From a virus: 64,000 nucleotides of DNA. Location of the stretch: IMG/VR virus record IMGVR_UViG_3300027792_000011. The stretch is one strand, 5' to 3'. Made by a program: the position numbers and the translations under genes. Every line of letters starts with the position of its first letter. Positions within the stretch are counted from its first letter, which is position 1. This document shows positions 1 to 10,478 of this stretch, one piece after another. The notes beneath the pieces are model-generated. The model worked only from the letters and a program-made list of their open reading frames with translations. It was not told the DNA's origin and made no database searches.

Positions 1-1
1 A

Positions 2-976
2 GAGCTTCGCTTGTGCCTTGAGAGAGACGTGGGGGAAGACTTTGTCCAGATCCACTGAAGTCATGAGCGGCTTGATCTTTCCCCACTCTTCATCAGTTAC
101 GAGATCGTAGCGCCTTACCTGTAGTGAGGTCGTAGCACCATCACCAGACTTGAAGAGGGCCATCTTCACGTTCCACAGATTGAGCGGACTTGCGCTGCTA
201 CATTTGCTGCATTCATTGACTGCTCGCATGTAGCCGACATGTCCACATGATTTGCATTCTTGAACATCGAGCCGTATTGCCTCGAGCTCTCTTTTGTCTA
301 CTGGATCTCTTTCAAGATCACGATAGCAGACCCCACACTTCGGACATTCGTAGGCTGGTATAGAGATCTCTCCACCACAATTGCACGCTGCCGAAAGGGT
401 GAAGTCGACAAAGTCAGTCAGCTGATCTGTGAAGCTCGAACCAATGGGCCAGTACACTCGACGGCCAAACTGCTTCTCGACGCCAGCTTTGCAGTGTTTG
501 CATCCACGACCCTCACACTCAACGGGTGTTTTGTAGAACTTGCCCGTTCGGTCATTCTTCCGATCAGAATCCACAAGGTGAAAGTCTGCAAGCAGGATTC
601 CGTTGAAAACGTGAAGCTTCTTCGCCCACGACATACCGGAGTCCCTGCCCTTCTCCGACTCGTGGCAGCCGATGCAGGGCTTGTTGCCCACGTCTACTAC
701 CAGATTGCCCGCACTGTCACGCACATCAGCAAATCCAGCAGAGCATCTACCAAACTTGTTGGACGGCTTGTGATAGTGACGCATGATGAGCCCATACGGT
801 GACTCGAACTTGCGACTCCCCTTTCCGTTCTCCATTGAGATCGGCGTGACATAGTTGGCCTTGAACAGGAGGATGGGAGTTATCCTACCCGTTGATCCTT
901 CTTGAGGAGCAAACTTGTCGTTGAATGATCCGCCACCGAGACCAGAGGATTTCTTGTTCTTGACTGTACCGCGCAT
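2..976 (-). CDS. Cys-rich putative ssDNA-binding/replication protein (partial, runs off window; not in ORF track)
   Basis: ATG at 976 overlaps the primase stop (TGATG). Frame is open to the window edge (MRGTVKNKKSSGLGGG...). Several CxxC pairs (CIGC, CKHC, CPKC, CKSC, CSKC). SSB role is inferred only from its position after primase/helicase. Confidence 0.55.
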   Translation of the reverse strand, partial: MRGTVKNKKSSGLGGGSFNDKFAPQEGSTGRITPILLFKANYVTPISMENGKGSRKFESPYGLIMRHYHKPSNKFGRCSAGFADVRDSAGNLVVDVGNKPCIGCHESEKGRDSGMSWAKKLHVFNGILLADFHLVDSDRKNDRTGKFYKTPVECEGRGCKHCKAGVEKQFGRRVYWPIGSSFTDQLTDFVDFTLSAACNCGGEISIPAYECPKCGVCYRDLERDPVDKRELEAIRLDVQECKSCGHVGYMRAVNECSKCSSASPLNLWNVKMALFKSGDGATTSLQVRRYDLVTDEEWGKIKPLMTSVDLDKVFPHVSLKAQAKL

Positions 977-2019
977 CATGCGGGCAATGTTGTCTGCCTC
1001 TTCCATTTTTCAAACCTTTCTCTAGCGTTGAATGTCTCTCCCAAACCAAGTTTGTTTAGATCATCGGGTTGTTCGGCCCAAGACGGCAACGTCCAAACTG
1101 TGAGGTTGCTTACAGAGCGCGACAGCCACTTACCGATCCTCAGCATTCCTCTAATCCCGGCAAGGTTGTTGTCGTAGAACAGCACGACCCCACCACCAGA
1201 TACTTGGCAGATTAGATCATACTGCTCTTGCGACAATGCGGATCCCATAGTAGCTACTGTGTTCCAGTATCCATGCTGCAATAGCCAGATGCAGGCTTTG
1301 AAACCTTCCACCACGATTACCGGACTATCTGACACTGTCAGTAGTTGGTATGCGCGATGGGCATTCCATAAGTACTTGTGATTTTTGATCTCGTAGGAAG
1401 GAAAGAGGTCGTCAAATCCAGGACCAAAGTCACCAGTGACGAACCCTTCGTCTGTTCTCCTCCGGCCCCTATACACGAGGTATCTGGGCTTTGTGCTTCG
1501 GAGGGTTGATCGACCAGATACTCCTACCAGATTGCCGTAGACATCTCTGATTGGAAACGTGATTCGATCTTTCCCTCTGTCATAGCCTACGTCCAGTTCT
1601 CGGAGCAGTTTCTGATCAAAGCCTTGTTCCACTAGACCATCTGGGCGCCAATCGAAAACACCCAGTACGGATTCTGGAATAACTACTTCGGCCAGAAATG
1701 GATCGCTCCCAACGAACCTGTTCTTCTTCTTTTGTTGTTCGCGTTGCTGTCTTTTATGGATCTGAGGTGCCACCGGTTCAATCAGTAGATCAACTCGGCT
1801 ACGGGACACACCCAGTCCGCGGAGTAGTGTAGCTAGATTACCGCTACGATTGCAACCATGACATTTCCAGAGACCATTGTTGATGTTGATAGCAAATGAC
1901 GGATGATTGTCATCATGATCCGGAAATGGGCACTTTGCAGCGAGATTCTCTGATCCGCTCAGTTTTGGTCGGTCCAGATACGGCTCTATGATATTTGCGA
2001 TAGGACCAAGATCGCTCAT
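976..2019 (-). CDS. DNA primase (CHC2 zinc finger + TOPRIM)
   Basis: CPFPDHDDNHPS...WKCHGC zinc finger; RITFPIRD..G..VGVSGR; VIVVEG and YDNN TOPRIM motifs. Confidence 0.93.
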   Translation of the reverse strand: MSDLGPIANIIEPYLDRPKLSGSENLAAKCPFPDHDDNHPSFAININNGLWKCHGCNRSGNLATLLRGLGVSRSRVDLLIEPVAPQIHKRQQREQQKKKNRFVGSDPFLAEVVIPESVLGVFDWRPDGLVEQGFDQKLLRELDVGYDRGKDRITFPIRDVYGNLVGVSGRSTLRSTKPRYLVYRGRRRTDEGFVTGDFGPGFDDLFPSYEIKNHKYLWNAHRAYQLLTVSDSPVIVVEGFKACIWLLQHGYWNTVATMGSALSQEQYDLICQVSGGGVVLFYDNNLAGIRGMLRIGKWLSRSVSNLTVWTLPSWAEQPDDLNKLGLGETFNARERFEKWKRQTTLPA

Positions 2020-3542
2020 TTATTCCCAGGATCTCCGAATGCTATCAAGTCCGCATCAGCCGCGTCCTGATCGTATACGAGGTGGCCCGGCACTTTCACA
2101 CCGTGCTTTTCGTCATCGCTCTTCTTTTTGGCTTTCCTGCCCCTGCCCTTATTGGCACTACGTGGAGGCTCGTCGCCTATTAGCACATTCATTCTGTTTT
2201 CGGCTGTTGAAGCAGCGCTTTCTGGCTGAGCGACTTTCTTACCTGCGTTGGATATCCAGCAATTGAATTCCCAAGCAGTGCATGGAGAGATCGTAAGTAG
2301 CATGCCACCAGGTATGATTTCTCTTGCACCAGCTATTATGATCTCAATGCTCACCTTGCCATTTGCCAATGTAGCGCCCTTCTTGACTCTCATGATCAGG
2401 TCAGCTTCTTGACCAACGGCATCTGCATACGCAATGTCCTCTAGACTCTCTTCGTCGTGAGATCCACCTGATTCGTCTTCACCCTTTCGAGTACGCTGGG
2501 TTACTCCGATTACAGGCACATCTAGCTGCTGAGTCATGTGCTTCAGATCTTGAACAATGGCATACTGATCTTGCCACTTCATAGACCTCTTGCCTGATCG
2601 ATCATTCTTCATTCTATAGAATGAATCGACCACTATCAGATCAGGTTTGAACGCTTCGGCCTTGGCGAGTATGTGCGAAACCCCTCCACCCATCATATCG
2701 TCCTTGTCGGACGTGAACATGACAGATGGGCTATGATCGTCACGAGTCGATCGTTGCTCCTCTATCTTCAGATTACGCAGCGTATCGAAGTAGACATGCT
2801 CTTCTGCGTCAGTGAGCGTACGCTTCTTCAAACGTTCATAATCGATCTCTGCGATGCATGCTGAAACACGCTTTCTGAACTGAGCTGGAGGCATCTCGCA
2901 GCTGTATACCAGCACTCTACGTGCGCCAAAACCATAAGCGTGTGTTATGATCTTGGTAGCTATCCAGCTTTTCATGTGCTTCGGTCTGCCAAAGATGATG
3001 ATGAAATCCTGTTGCTGGATCCCACCAGTCTCTTCGTTCAATTTCTCCCATGGCCACGGTATACCAGAGATACCACCACTCTTCTGGCTCATGTAGTCGT
3101 TGATCATATCCTCTGCGCCATCAGCGAGGATTAGATCGCGACTTGTAGTGACCATGGTTTGAACTGTATTGATCTTTGCGCGAAGATGAGCGAGAGCCTC
3201 ATATGGTGATCTGGAGTCGATCATTTCAGAAGCTTCGTCACAGGCGTCTCTCAACTCCCTAGACATCACCTTCTTTCTGATCTCCTCACACAGCTCTGGT
3301 ATGGTTTCCCTTATCCTGTCCTTGTCGGGTAACGGACCGGGAAAACGCTCCTCAACAATACGTTTTGTGGGGACACGTCCGTAGTGTTGTTGGTTGTGAT
3401 AGTACTCCTTGAGGAACTTGAAGATCTCTCTCGCCTGTACGTTGGAGAACATATTCTGCGAAATGTTGTTGCGTAGTACTGTTCGCAGATCAGCAGTGGC
3501 AACGATCTTCGTTATGAGTCGTAGTTCATGATCGAAGGCCAT
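2016..3542 (-). CDS. DnaB-like replicative helicase
   Basis: GIPWPWEKLNEETGG, variant Walker A GRPKHMKS, YSCEM, Walker B LIVVDS, VIGVTQ, EADL; adjacent to primase. Confidence 0.88.
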   Translation of the reverse strand: MAFDHELRLITKIVATADLRTVLRNNISQNMFSNVQAREIFKFLKEYYHNQQHYGRVPTKRIVEERFPGPLPDKDRIRETIPELCEEIRKKVMSRELRDACDEASEMIDSRSPYEALAHLRAKINTVQTMVTTSRDLILADGAEDMINDYMSQKSGGISGIPWPWEKLNEETGGIQQQDFIIIFGRPKHMKSWIATKIITHAYGFGARRVLVYSCEMPPAQFRKRVSACIAEIDYERLKKRTLTDAEEHVYFDTLRNLKIEEQRSTRDDHSPSVMFTSDKDDMMGGGVSHILAKAEAFKPDLIVVDSFYRMKNDRSGKRSMKWQDQYAIVQDLKHMTQQLDVPVIGVTQRTRKGEDESGGSHDEESLEDIAYADAVGQEADLIMRVKKGATLANGKVSIEIIIAGAREIIPGGMLLTISPCTAWEFNCWISNAGKKVAQPESAASTAENRMNVLIGDEPPRSANKGRGRKAKKKSDDEKHGVKVPGHLVYDQDAADADLIAFGDPGNK

Positions 3543-3859
3543 CAGACTTCCTCATGCCATCTGATGTGTCCTTTGTTGAACGTGCGATGTCTTCCACCAC
3601 CAAGATCCAGCTTGACTCTGTACTTGTTGGACGAAAGTACAATGCCCGTATACAGATCCCCCTCGCTCAAGCAAATCCTGATCTCCTTATTGGATGGAAG
3701 CAGATCGATCATTTCCGGCTGTGCTCCTACATGCTGCTCGAGCTGGTTGACCTTCTTCTTGAGCTCTTTGATTCTCTCGTCGTGATGATTTAGGCGTGCC
3801 CCAACACGCAACCCATCAGGTGCATCTCCCATAGAACTACCTCCTTTGGAACCCTCCAT
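3542..3859 (-). CDS. Sm/Hfq-like small RNA-binding protein (putative)
   Basis: C-terminal IRICLSEGDLYTGIVLSSNKYRVKLD...TFNKGHI resembles the Sm1/Sm2 pattern of Hfq; N-terminal coiled coil. Confidence 0.5.
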   Translation of the reverse strand: MEGSKGGSSMGDAPDGLRVGARLNHHDERIKELKKKVNQLEQHVGAQPEMIDLLPSNKEIRICLSEGDLYTGIVLSSNKYRVKLDLGGGRHRTFNKGHIRWHEEV

Positions 3860-3943
3860 GCTAGTGCTACAAACTGTATCGTCAAGCCACGAGAACTGGT
3901 GGTCGAGCCCCCCGCTCGACCACTTCAGATGGTATGTGGGACA

Positions 3944-5101
3944 CTACCGATCGTACTTCTTGATCGATTCTTGGATGTACCTTCCAGCCAATTTCTCTAG
4001 CTCAAGCTGGCGGTCCCTATCGGATCTTATGGCCATAGCGACACGAGAGATAGTCTGTGCAATGTCGAAGGCTGTATTTGGTTCACCTTCTTGGTGCCAG
4101 GCGTTCTCGGCAGCCTCAATGATGTGCTTGGGCTGGCCACGGAGATAGTGCTTCAGATTGTCTAGTGGGTCTGAGATCACCACTTCGTGAAGCTTCGTTG
4201 CTTCATCAATGATCCTCTTCTTCCTCTCTGGAAGCTCACGGAACATGGTGATGAGCATGGTATCCAGATCGGTGTCGTCTACATTTCTGTGAGTCCTGTA
4301 GAGTAGTGGCCCAGCTTCCATTCCAGTGATCATACCGTTGGAGCATATGAACTTCACAAACCACGGGGCACCCATAAACGCGCCACCACCAACCTCACTG
4401 TTCTTGATCCTGATTCCGAAGAAGTAGTTGTCCCCCTCTGCGATAGGAATCTTTCCTCCGTGAACAGCATCAAATGGATCATCATACGTGAGGAAGAAGT
4501 GGGAGGCGTTTGGTTTGAAGGATACCATCTTGAAGTGCATACCCTTCAGATCGGACCCGATGCTCTGGTGCATGCGATCAAAGATACGAGCGTCTCTGAT
4601 CTCACTATATCCAGGACTGACGAACGCCCTTAGAACTCCGCTTGATCCAGCGAATTGTGGCTTCTCATCAGTGTCAAATGATCTAGCTATGATCTTACGA
4701 ATCAGTGGAGCGCCTCTGGCACGTAGATGATCAGTGACAGCTCGTTGAACTTGATCGACGGGAGTGCACTCAAAGAACTTGTCCCATTTCACTCCAAGCT
4801 CTGATCCAAGCTGTCTCTTTGACCACTCGTTCATCTCTAGAAGTCCGAATGGTGGTACAAATACCGATCCGGCCGTCATGAATCGCATTGAGTTCAGATC
4901 AATGACGTCATAGTCCAGATTTGGTGCACCAGGTACTCCACGTGCTCGAGCGCTTACGTGGTCTGGTATCAGCTTCAAGCTCTCGCGATGAGCAACCAGC
5001 GCATGGATCTTCTCAAAGCTGTGTTGGTTCATTTTCTGGACTGACCAGTCCAGAGCCGCCGAGACCCTCCGGGATATCGATTGGGTAGTCTCTGTTGTCA
5101 T
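3944..5101 (-). CDS. DUF932-like protein
   Basis: IKNSEVGGG...ICSNGM motif typical of the DUF932/DUF945 family; SD GGAGG before ATG 5101. Confidence 0.65.
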   Translation of the reverse strand: MTTETTQSISRRVSAALDWSVQKMNQHSFEKIHALVAHRESLKLIPDHVSARARGVPGAPNLDYDVIDLNSMRFMTAGSVFVPPFGLLEMNEWSKRQLGSELGVKWDKFFECTPVDQVQRAVTDHLRARGAPLIRKIIARSFDTDEKPQFAGSSGVLRAFVSPGYSEIRDARIFDRMHQSIGSDLKGMHFKMVSFKPNASHFFLTYDDPFDAVHGGKIPIAEGDNYFFGIRIKNSEVGGGAFMGAPWFVKFICSNGMITGMEAGPLLYRTHRNVDDTDLDTMLITMFRELPERKKRIIDEATKLHEVVISDPLDNLKHYLRGQPKHIIEAAENAWHQEGEPNTAFDIAQTISRVAMAIRSDRDRQLELEKLAGRYIQESIKKYDR

Positions 5102-5375
5102 TCGTCCTGCCTCCTTCGTCTGCAAAATGCAACTTCAACAGGTGATCCTCAATTGCATCACGTAGCTCTACGCACTTCGCATGAATGTCGTCCGGCCACG
5201 TTGTTGTCAGTGTTGATCTTCCCATGAGTACAGGTAACTCATTACCGGAGTGCAGGAACGCTACATCAACAACTAGGCTGCGAGCCTTTGGAGTTCCCTG
5301 AGTGATCGGTACTTCCAGAGTTATCTTCACGGCAGCTACTGCATTGATCCTACATTCTGACGAGGCACGTTTCAT
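5013..5375 (-). CDS. hypothetical protein
   Basis: ORF translationally coupled within the operon. Confidence 0.6.
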   Translation of the reverse strand: MKRASSECRINAVAAVKITLEVPITQGTPKARSLVVDVAFLHSGNELPVLMGRSTLTTTWPDDIHAKCVELRDAIEDHLLKLHFADEGGRTNDNRDYPIDIPEGLGGSGLVSPENEPTQL

Positions 5376-5716
5376 GCTGATTCCGTAACCAGTTCTTCGA
5401 GCATAGCCTGCATCTTAGGCTTGTAGTCCGCTATAGTCTTCTTGATGATCTTCTCACAGGCTTTGAGAGCGTGATCGATGCTCTTGTCATCCTGATTGCA
5501 TCTGATCTTCACCGAAGCAGTAGTGCTGAGCACGACGGCATTGTAGTCTCCACCAGCAATGCGCATGGAGAATTCCCTACCGGCTTCGGCATTGCCGTCT
5601 CCGAGAAGTATGTCTGTTGGAACTATTTCTGTCTTTGTTGGCATGATGATCGTCCTTCCTTCGTCTTTGTCACGAGACCAGAGATCCACTTCGACTGTGG
5701 CGTAGTTCATGATCAA
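5372..5716 (-). CDS. hypothetical protein
   Basis: ORF with 4-nt overlaps to neighbours. Confidence 0.7.
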   Translation of the reverse strand: MIMNYATVEVDLWSRDKDEGRTIIMPTKTEIVPTDILLGDGNAEAGREFSMRIAGGDYNAVVLSTTASVKIRCNQDDKSIDHALKACEKIIKKTIADYKPKMQAMLEELVTESA

Positions 5717-6147
5717 CCCAATTGAAACGGTTTCGGTTTGTGATCAATGCGCACTTGGTCTTTCACATCGACCACGGCTTTCTCGGCAATCCTGCCGTTG
5801 ATCATCCCAGCTCGTTGCATAGAGTCGAACTCTTTCGTGTTGACCTTGTACTCGATATGCACAAGGCGATCTCGTGTCTCTGGAACACCCTCAAATGCTT
5901 TCCACAGGTATGCTCCATCGAATTCTCTTCGTGGAATGACAGTAACCTGCATTCCAGCTGCGCCAATCCGTGTTTCGCGTACAGCGATCTCCAACTCCTG
6001 GAGTACTGCCTCTCTGAGCGTGGCGAGTTTTCTCAGCTCGTCGAAAACATCCGAATGATCTTCCTCGAAGTCTCGAAGATCTTGGTTGGCCTTTTCAAAC
6101 TTCTTTTCCAGTCTCATCACGCGGCGCTTTTCTACGTCGGTCATCAC
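5713..6147 (-). CDS. hypothetical protein (N-terminal coiled coil)
   Basis: coupled ORF; charged helical N-terminus. Confidence 0.7.
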   Translation of the reverse strand: MMTDVEKRRVMRLEKKFEKANQDLRDFEEDHSDVFDELRKLATLREAVLQELEIAVRETRIGAAGMQVTVIPRREFDGAYLWKAFEGVPETRDRLVHIEYKVNTKEFDSMQRAGMINGRIAEKAVVDVKDQVRIDHKPKPFQLG

Positions 6148-6800
6148 CAGTCCTCTTTTCCTTGTCCTTCGTAAAGTTTCTTTAGCTGATCAACGATCTT
6201 CCTTGCAAACTTTAGATCTTCCCAGAAGTCCATTACCATAGACCCTGGTCGTACCACTGGGTTTCTTAGTAGAGCCGCTGGATGATAGGTGGATATGACT
6301 GGGTAGCTGACGTTCTTGTAGAATCCAGGTACTTTTGCGAAGAACATCTCTCCCCGTGAGCTTTTGAGGGAGCTATTCACGCCAGTAAGACCATACAAGG
6401 CGACAGCGCCTAGGGCTACTATGAGTAATGGATCTACTCTATAGATCGTTTCCACAACTCTATCGTGACAGGCAGCTACTTCAGTGCTGTTGGGCTTTCT
6501 GATCACCTTGTTTCCCTCTTCTTCATTGTGAGGGAAACATGCGGTTACGTTGTCGATGAACAGATCTTCTCTCTTCCACCCAAGACGATCCTCAACAAAC
6601 TCGGTAAACAGCTCTCCTGATCTTCCTATGAACGGGTATCCAACTCTGTCCTCATCCGGACCTGGACCTTCGCCAAAGAACATGACATCGGCGTGTGGAT
6701 TACCGACACCAAGGACTACGTAGTTTCGATCCTCGTGCAGCTTGCATCGTGTACACGAAAGCCATGGAAGAGAGAATGCAAGCGGCTTCTCAGCTTTCAT
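6144..6800 (-). CDS. uracil-DNA glycosylase, family 4 (Fe-S type)
   Basis: [23 protein letters not shown]...[11 protein letters not shown]. Confidence 0.92.
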   Translation of the reverse strand: MKAEKPLAFSLPWLSCTRCKLHEDRNYVVLGVGNPHADVMFFGEGPGPDEDRVGYPFIGRSGELFTEFVEDRLGWKREDLFIDNVTACFPHNEEEGNKVIRKPNSTEVAACHDRVVETIYRVDPLLIVALGAVALYGLTGVNSSLKSSRGEMFFAKVPGFYKNVSYPVISTYHPAALLRNPVVRPGSMVMDFWEDLKFARKIVDQLKKLYEGQGKEDW

Positions 6801-7318
6801 CTCCAGCTCGGCTTTCCGTCTTTGAGCATGTCTGTCAGATTGGGTCCTGTTCCCAGTCCCATCTTCTTCGCTGCTGTTTCCATACGCTTGATGTCTTCAG
6901 GAGTAGCCACCTGGAGATTGGCGGCTGCCATAGCATGCTGCACCTTGGCCGCATCGAGTTGCTTTGTGAACTCTGAGTACACCTTTTGAAACTCGTTGTG
7001 ACTTTCGACGCTTTGATCTTCTGGGAAATAGTACCAACGAATCAAAGCCCGCATCACGCGTACGCACTCCAGAAAGCACCAGTTCATAGTTCCTAGAACG
7101 GGCATCACGATCGGACCTTGTGGTCCGTTCACCTGCCTATTACCGATCGGGTAGCAATCGTATACCAGAGACATGCTCTGCTTTGCATTGCTGCTGAATT
7201 GGCCTTTCAGTTCATCGGGAGATATGAACGTGTCTCCAGCACGAGAACCGTCGATACGTCCAAGGAACGTGGGATCTCCAGCATTGAAAACTACTAGGAT
7301 CGGTTTGCGCTCTTCCAT
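6797..7318 (-). CDS. hypothetical protein
   Basis: coupled ORF in replication operon. Confidence 0.7.
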   Translation of the reverse strand: MEERKPILVVFNAGDPTFLGRIDGSRAGDTFISPDELKGQFSSNAKQSMSLVYDCYPIGNRQVNGPQGPIVMPVLGTMNWCFLECVRVMRALIRWYYFPEDQSVESHNEFQKVYSEFTKQLDAAKVQHAMAAANLQVATPEDIKRMETAAKKMGLGTGPNLTDMLKDGKPSWR

Positions 7319-8686
7319 CTACTTTACCTCAACCTTCATGCCCCACTCTCTGAAGTGGCCCATTAGCTTATAGCCCATGTTCTTCATGGGTCGAATGTTT
7401 ACGTGCCAGATCACTATGACCTTAGTTTTCTTCTTGTCCTTGAGAAAACGCTGTATACGCCCAACAGCTTGTTGAAGAACGTTTTTATTGCTGAACTCTG
7501 TGAGTATGATCAATGAATCTAACTTCTGCTTGTTCAGAGCTTCTTTGGCCATTGAGACAGTAGCGAAAGTAAGCTTGCTGTTCCTGAGTATCCCAAGTCG
7601 ATCATCAGGATCAATGCTGGCGTGTAGTACACCAGACCCCGGATACAGACTGTGCATGAAGTCGGCATGATCTTTAGAGAACGTGATCGCCATTATGTCT
7701 CTATCACGCTTGATACCCTCATCTATTATGGTTTTCGCAAACTCGATCTCTTCAGGTCTCATAGCAGCGTGATGGATAAGCCGAACTAGATGAACCTCTC
7801 CTCTTCTATCAGTACAGGCGTTGTACGTATCAGGATCATCCATGTCTAGCTTCGTGTACGACTTGAAAAAGGTGACGGATGGGATTACGTCCTGTTTCAA
7901 ATTCTTGTGAACGACATCACCGACGTGCCATAGGTAAAGAAGCTCTCCACCATCTTCACGTTTGACAGTAGCTGTTAGTCCGAATCGACTGCCGTAGAAC
8001 ATGTCGGCAGTCTTAGAGAACTCCTCCGCTGACAGGTGGTGTATTTCATCCCAGATGATCGTACCAAACCAAGTTGCCATTTCAGGTGGTATCTGATCGG
8101 CATACATGGCTAGTGTCTTCAGACTTGCTAGTGCTATTGGTCGCTTCCAGTTCCATTTGGATGGGTGACCTTGGATCCATCCCAGCTCATCGGGCACGAA
8201 GAGGAACTTGTTGATCTCAGCTATCCACTGCTTCAGGATATGTGTCTTGTCGTTGATGATCAGTGCTGGAACGTCTCTGTGTGCTATGTGATGAATTGCG
8301 ATCACTGTCTTTCCGATACCGCATCCCAGATTCAGTATTCCACTCCGTGTAGCAGCAAGATCCTCAAAGGCGCGCTTCTGATCATCTTTTTCCGGTCTTA
8401 CATAGTCAAGAACTACCCTGCTGCGGAATCCTACCTTCTCGTAACTAGAGGGGGTAAGATCCACAACAGGGTAGGATAGATCACTAACATTGATCTTCTC
8501 TCGTGGTATACCCAGATGACTAGGTGAGTCCTTCCACAAGTTCATGTAAACCACGTCGTTGTTGACCTGCACTGGTATGGTTAGGCTATTTCTGATCAAG
8601 TCGACAGAGATGTGCTTCTTAGGAAGCCAGAGCCATGTGTCTCTGTATGCGACGTCTGGATCTCTTATCGGCAGTGTGTAGATCAT
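7319..8686 (-). CDS. superfamily 2 helicase (UvsW/XPB-like)
   Basis: GCGIGKT, DEIHH, GLTAT, QAVGRIQR. Confidence 0.9.
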   Translation of the reverse strand: MIYTLPIRDPDVAYRDTWLWLPKKHISVDLIRNSLTIPVQVNNDVVYMNLWKDSPSHLGIPREKINVSDLSYPVVDLTPSSYEKVGFRSRVVLDYVRPEKDDQKRAFEDLAATRSGILNLGCGIGKTVIAIHHIAHRDVPALIINDKTHILKQWIAEINKFLFVPDELGWIQGHPSKWNWKRPIALASLKTLAMYADQIPPEMATWFGTIIWDEIHHLSAEEFSKTADMFYGSRFGLTATVKREDGGELLYLWHVGDVVHKNLKQDVIPSVTFFKSYTKLDMDDPDTYNACTDRRGEVHLVRLIHHAAMRPEEIEFAKTIIDEGIKRDRDIMAITFSKDHADFMHSLYPGSGVLHASIDPDDRLGILRNSKLTFATVSMAKEALNKQKLDSLIILTEFSNKNVLQQAVGRIQRFLKDKKKTKVIVIWHVNIRPMKNMGYKLMGHFREWGMKVEVK

Positions 8687-8711
8687 TTTGGACCTAAGAT
8701 GCTAGCACAGA

Positions 8712-9065
8712 TCATGGAAACTTCCACTTGCTAAAGAAGATCGCCATTTGCACACCAGTCTCTTTTAGACATCCAGCAGCGATATTCTTTCCTAGTCGAG
8801 AGATTGCGCTCTCCCCTTCTTTGGGGAGAACGTGGGAATCTGGAGGTAGGTGCACTGTCATTGAAGTAGAAGTAGTACGTGTTTCACCCTGTGTCCTCGT
8901 AGATTGAGAGGATGAGCCTGAGCTAGAGCTTCCACCGCCCTTACGTACCTTGTCTTCTTGTGCTTGGCAGCACAAAGCTTCTACTTGGCAGACATCGCAC
9001 TCTGGATCTCCAGAGTCCCATCGTGTGAAGCAGTCGGGGACATGCGTCCCTCGATAATACGGCAT
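8712..9065 (-). CDS. small Cys-rich hypothetical protein, first gene of replication operon
   Basis: SD AAGGAGG upstream of ATG 9065; CF...ECDVC...LCC cluster. Confidence 0.65.
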   Translation of the reverse strand: MPYYRGTHVPDCFTRWDSGDPECDVCQVEALCCQAQEDKVRKGGGSSSSGSSSQSTRTQGETRTTSTSMTVHLPPDSHVLPKEGESAISRLGKNIAAGCLKETGVQMAIFFSKWKFP

Positions 9066-9123
9066 GGTGTTTTCAGCCACCTCCTTTCCATTACCATTTA
9101 GTTCACTTCGCCAGTGCAAAGCC

Positions 9124-9149
9124 CTTATAGCCAAGAAATGTCCATCTTT
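9124..9149 (-). promoter_or_regulatory. phage promoter motif AAA-N17-TATAAG
   Basis: minus strand CAAA-gatggacatttcttggc-TATAAG upstream of the replication operon; motif recurs 11 times in the window. Confidence 0.6.
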
Positions 9150-9220
9150 GCCTCGACCTTTCGTGGTGGTAGACTGGAGACCAGAGTCGATAGAGTGGCT
9201 GAGTGCGGAGGATTGACAAA

Positions 9221-10441
9221 ATGATCGGAACCCCTGGGGCTGTATTTGATCCTTATGACGATGGGTTCGAGTCCCTTCAACGTATGATGCAGGGACGAAG
9301 TGTCCCTGACTTCATCAAGACGGCCTCGGTCCTAGATCAGGAGGATCTTCAGAGGCTTCCAGACCATGCCTTCGCGATGGTCGTGGTTGGTGATGGATAT
9401 AGTATGCGGAAGTATGCCTGCATTGATCCAGCACATGTGGCTGTCAATGTGATGTACTTTCTAGAGCACGCTGGTGATCTTCACGAAGGAGCGAGAGAGA
9501 AAGTAGCTCACAACCTTCTTCGAGCATGCAACCATTTCAATGTCACACCGCCGATTACCCTATCAAAAATGGCTGCAGGAAACAAAGTCCTGATCAAAAC
9601 TGATGGGACGAACATCACAGTCTCGAAACGTGAGAAGACTAGTGAGTTGAGTGGGACTTCGGTAATGCCTTACTCCGCTCGACCATCCCTTGCGAAGCTT
9701 TCAGGAGTTATTACTGATCCATATGTAACTCCAGGAGAACCTAATCCGAGAAGGGCGCAGCAGTACGATCCAGCTGTGTGTGCTCTCGACGATGGAACAC
9801 TTCCTCTCGCATCGTATGGTCAGGTAAAGGAGGCAATGGCCTTCTTCCATTCCTTCAACGGAGATATGCATCCAAGACAGCGACACGAGGTTTGCGTCAA
9901 GATCGCAACTCGTGCTGATGCGCTTGGCATTCCAGTTGACGATGTCATCAGGAAGTACGGTTCTCGTACCTTCGAGACCAGTGTTTTCTTGAAGTCGGCA
10001 GCATTGACCAGAAAGCAGATCTGGGCTGAGATGCGAAATGGGGAGGCTCCTCATCTGCTCGAGCAGCTTCTCGAAAAGCAGGCTAGTGCAGAGATAGCTC
10101 CAGAAGTCTTTGCCGAGGCTCTAGCGGAGCTTGATGTGACAACTGGTATTGATAGGTACTGGGATTCTTCAATACCTGATCCATGGTTCAGCACCTACGG
10201 TCATCACAAGCTAGCCGAGGCCGAAGAGTGGCGTTGGGTTCAGGGAACTGAGTACCTGACCAAAAACCAACTGCTCAACTTCATGAATAGTCAGCGTGGT
10301 AAGGAAGCGGTAACTAACGCTTTCAATGAGAAGATGGCAGAGGGTCTTCGGGACAAACCAACAGAGGTCTTCGACTCTCTCCCCATGGATACAAAACGCA
10401 CCATCGCTAGGATGGCGCAGCAACATGAATCAGGGCTATAG
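9221..10441 (+). CDS. putative head/virion protein with K-x-A sites
   Basis: SD GGAGG; IKTAS, SKMAA, VKIAT, LKSAA, EKQAS, HKLAE. Confidence 0.7.
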   Translation: MIGTPGAVFDPYDDGFESLQRMMQGRSVPDFIKTASVLDQEDLQRLPDHAFAMVVVGDGYSMRKYACIDPAHVAVNVMYFLEHAGDLHEGAREKVAHNLLRACNHFNVTPPITLSKMAAGNKVLIKTDGTNITVSKREKTSELSGTSVMPYSARPSLAKLSGVITDPYVTPGEPNPRRAQQYDPAVCALDDGTLPLASYGQVKEAMAFFHSFNGDMHPRQRHEVCVKIATRADALGIPVDDVIRKYGSRTFETSVFLKSAALTRKQIWAEMRNGEAPHLLEQLLEKQASAEIAPEVFAEALAELDVTTGIDRYWDSSIPDPWFSTYGHHKLAEAEEWRWVQGTEYLTKNQLLNFMNSQRGKEAVTNAFNEKMAEGLRDKPTEVFDSLPMDTKRTIARMAQQHESGL

Positions 10442-10478
10442 TAGATAAACCCGAGAGGAAAGGGTAGGAGGATCAGAA

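Noticed and set aside
260-802. 180-aa plus-strand ORF
   Set aside because: Shadow of the longer Cys-rich minus-strand gene coupled to primase; no SD or motifs.
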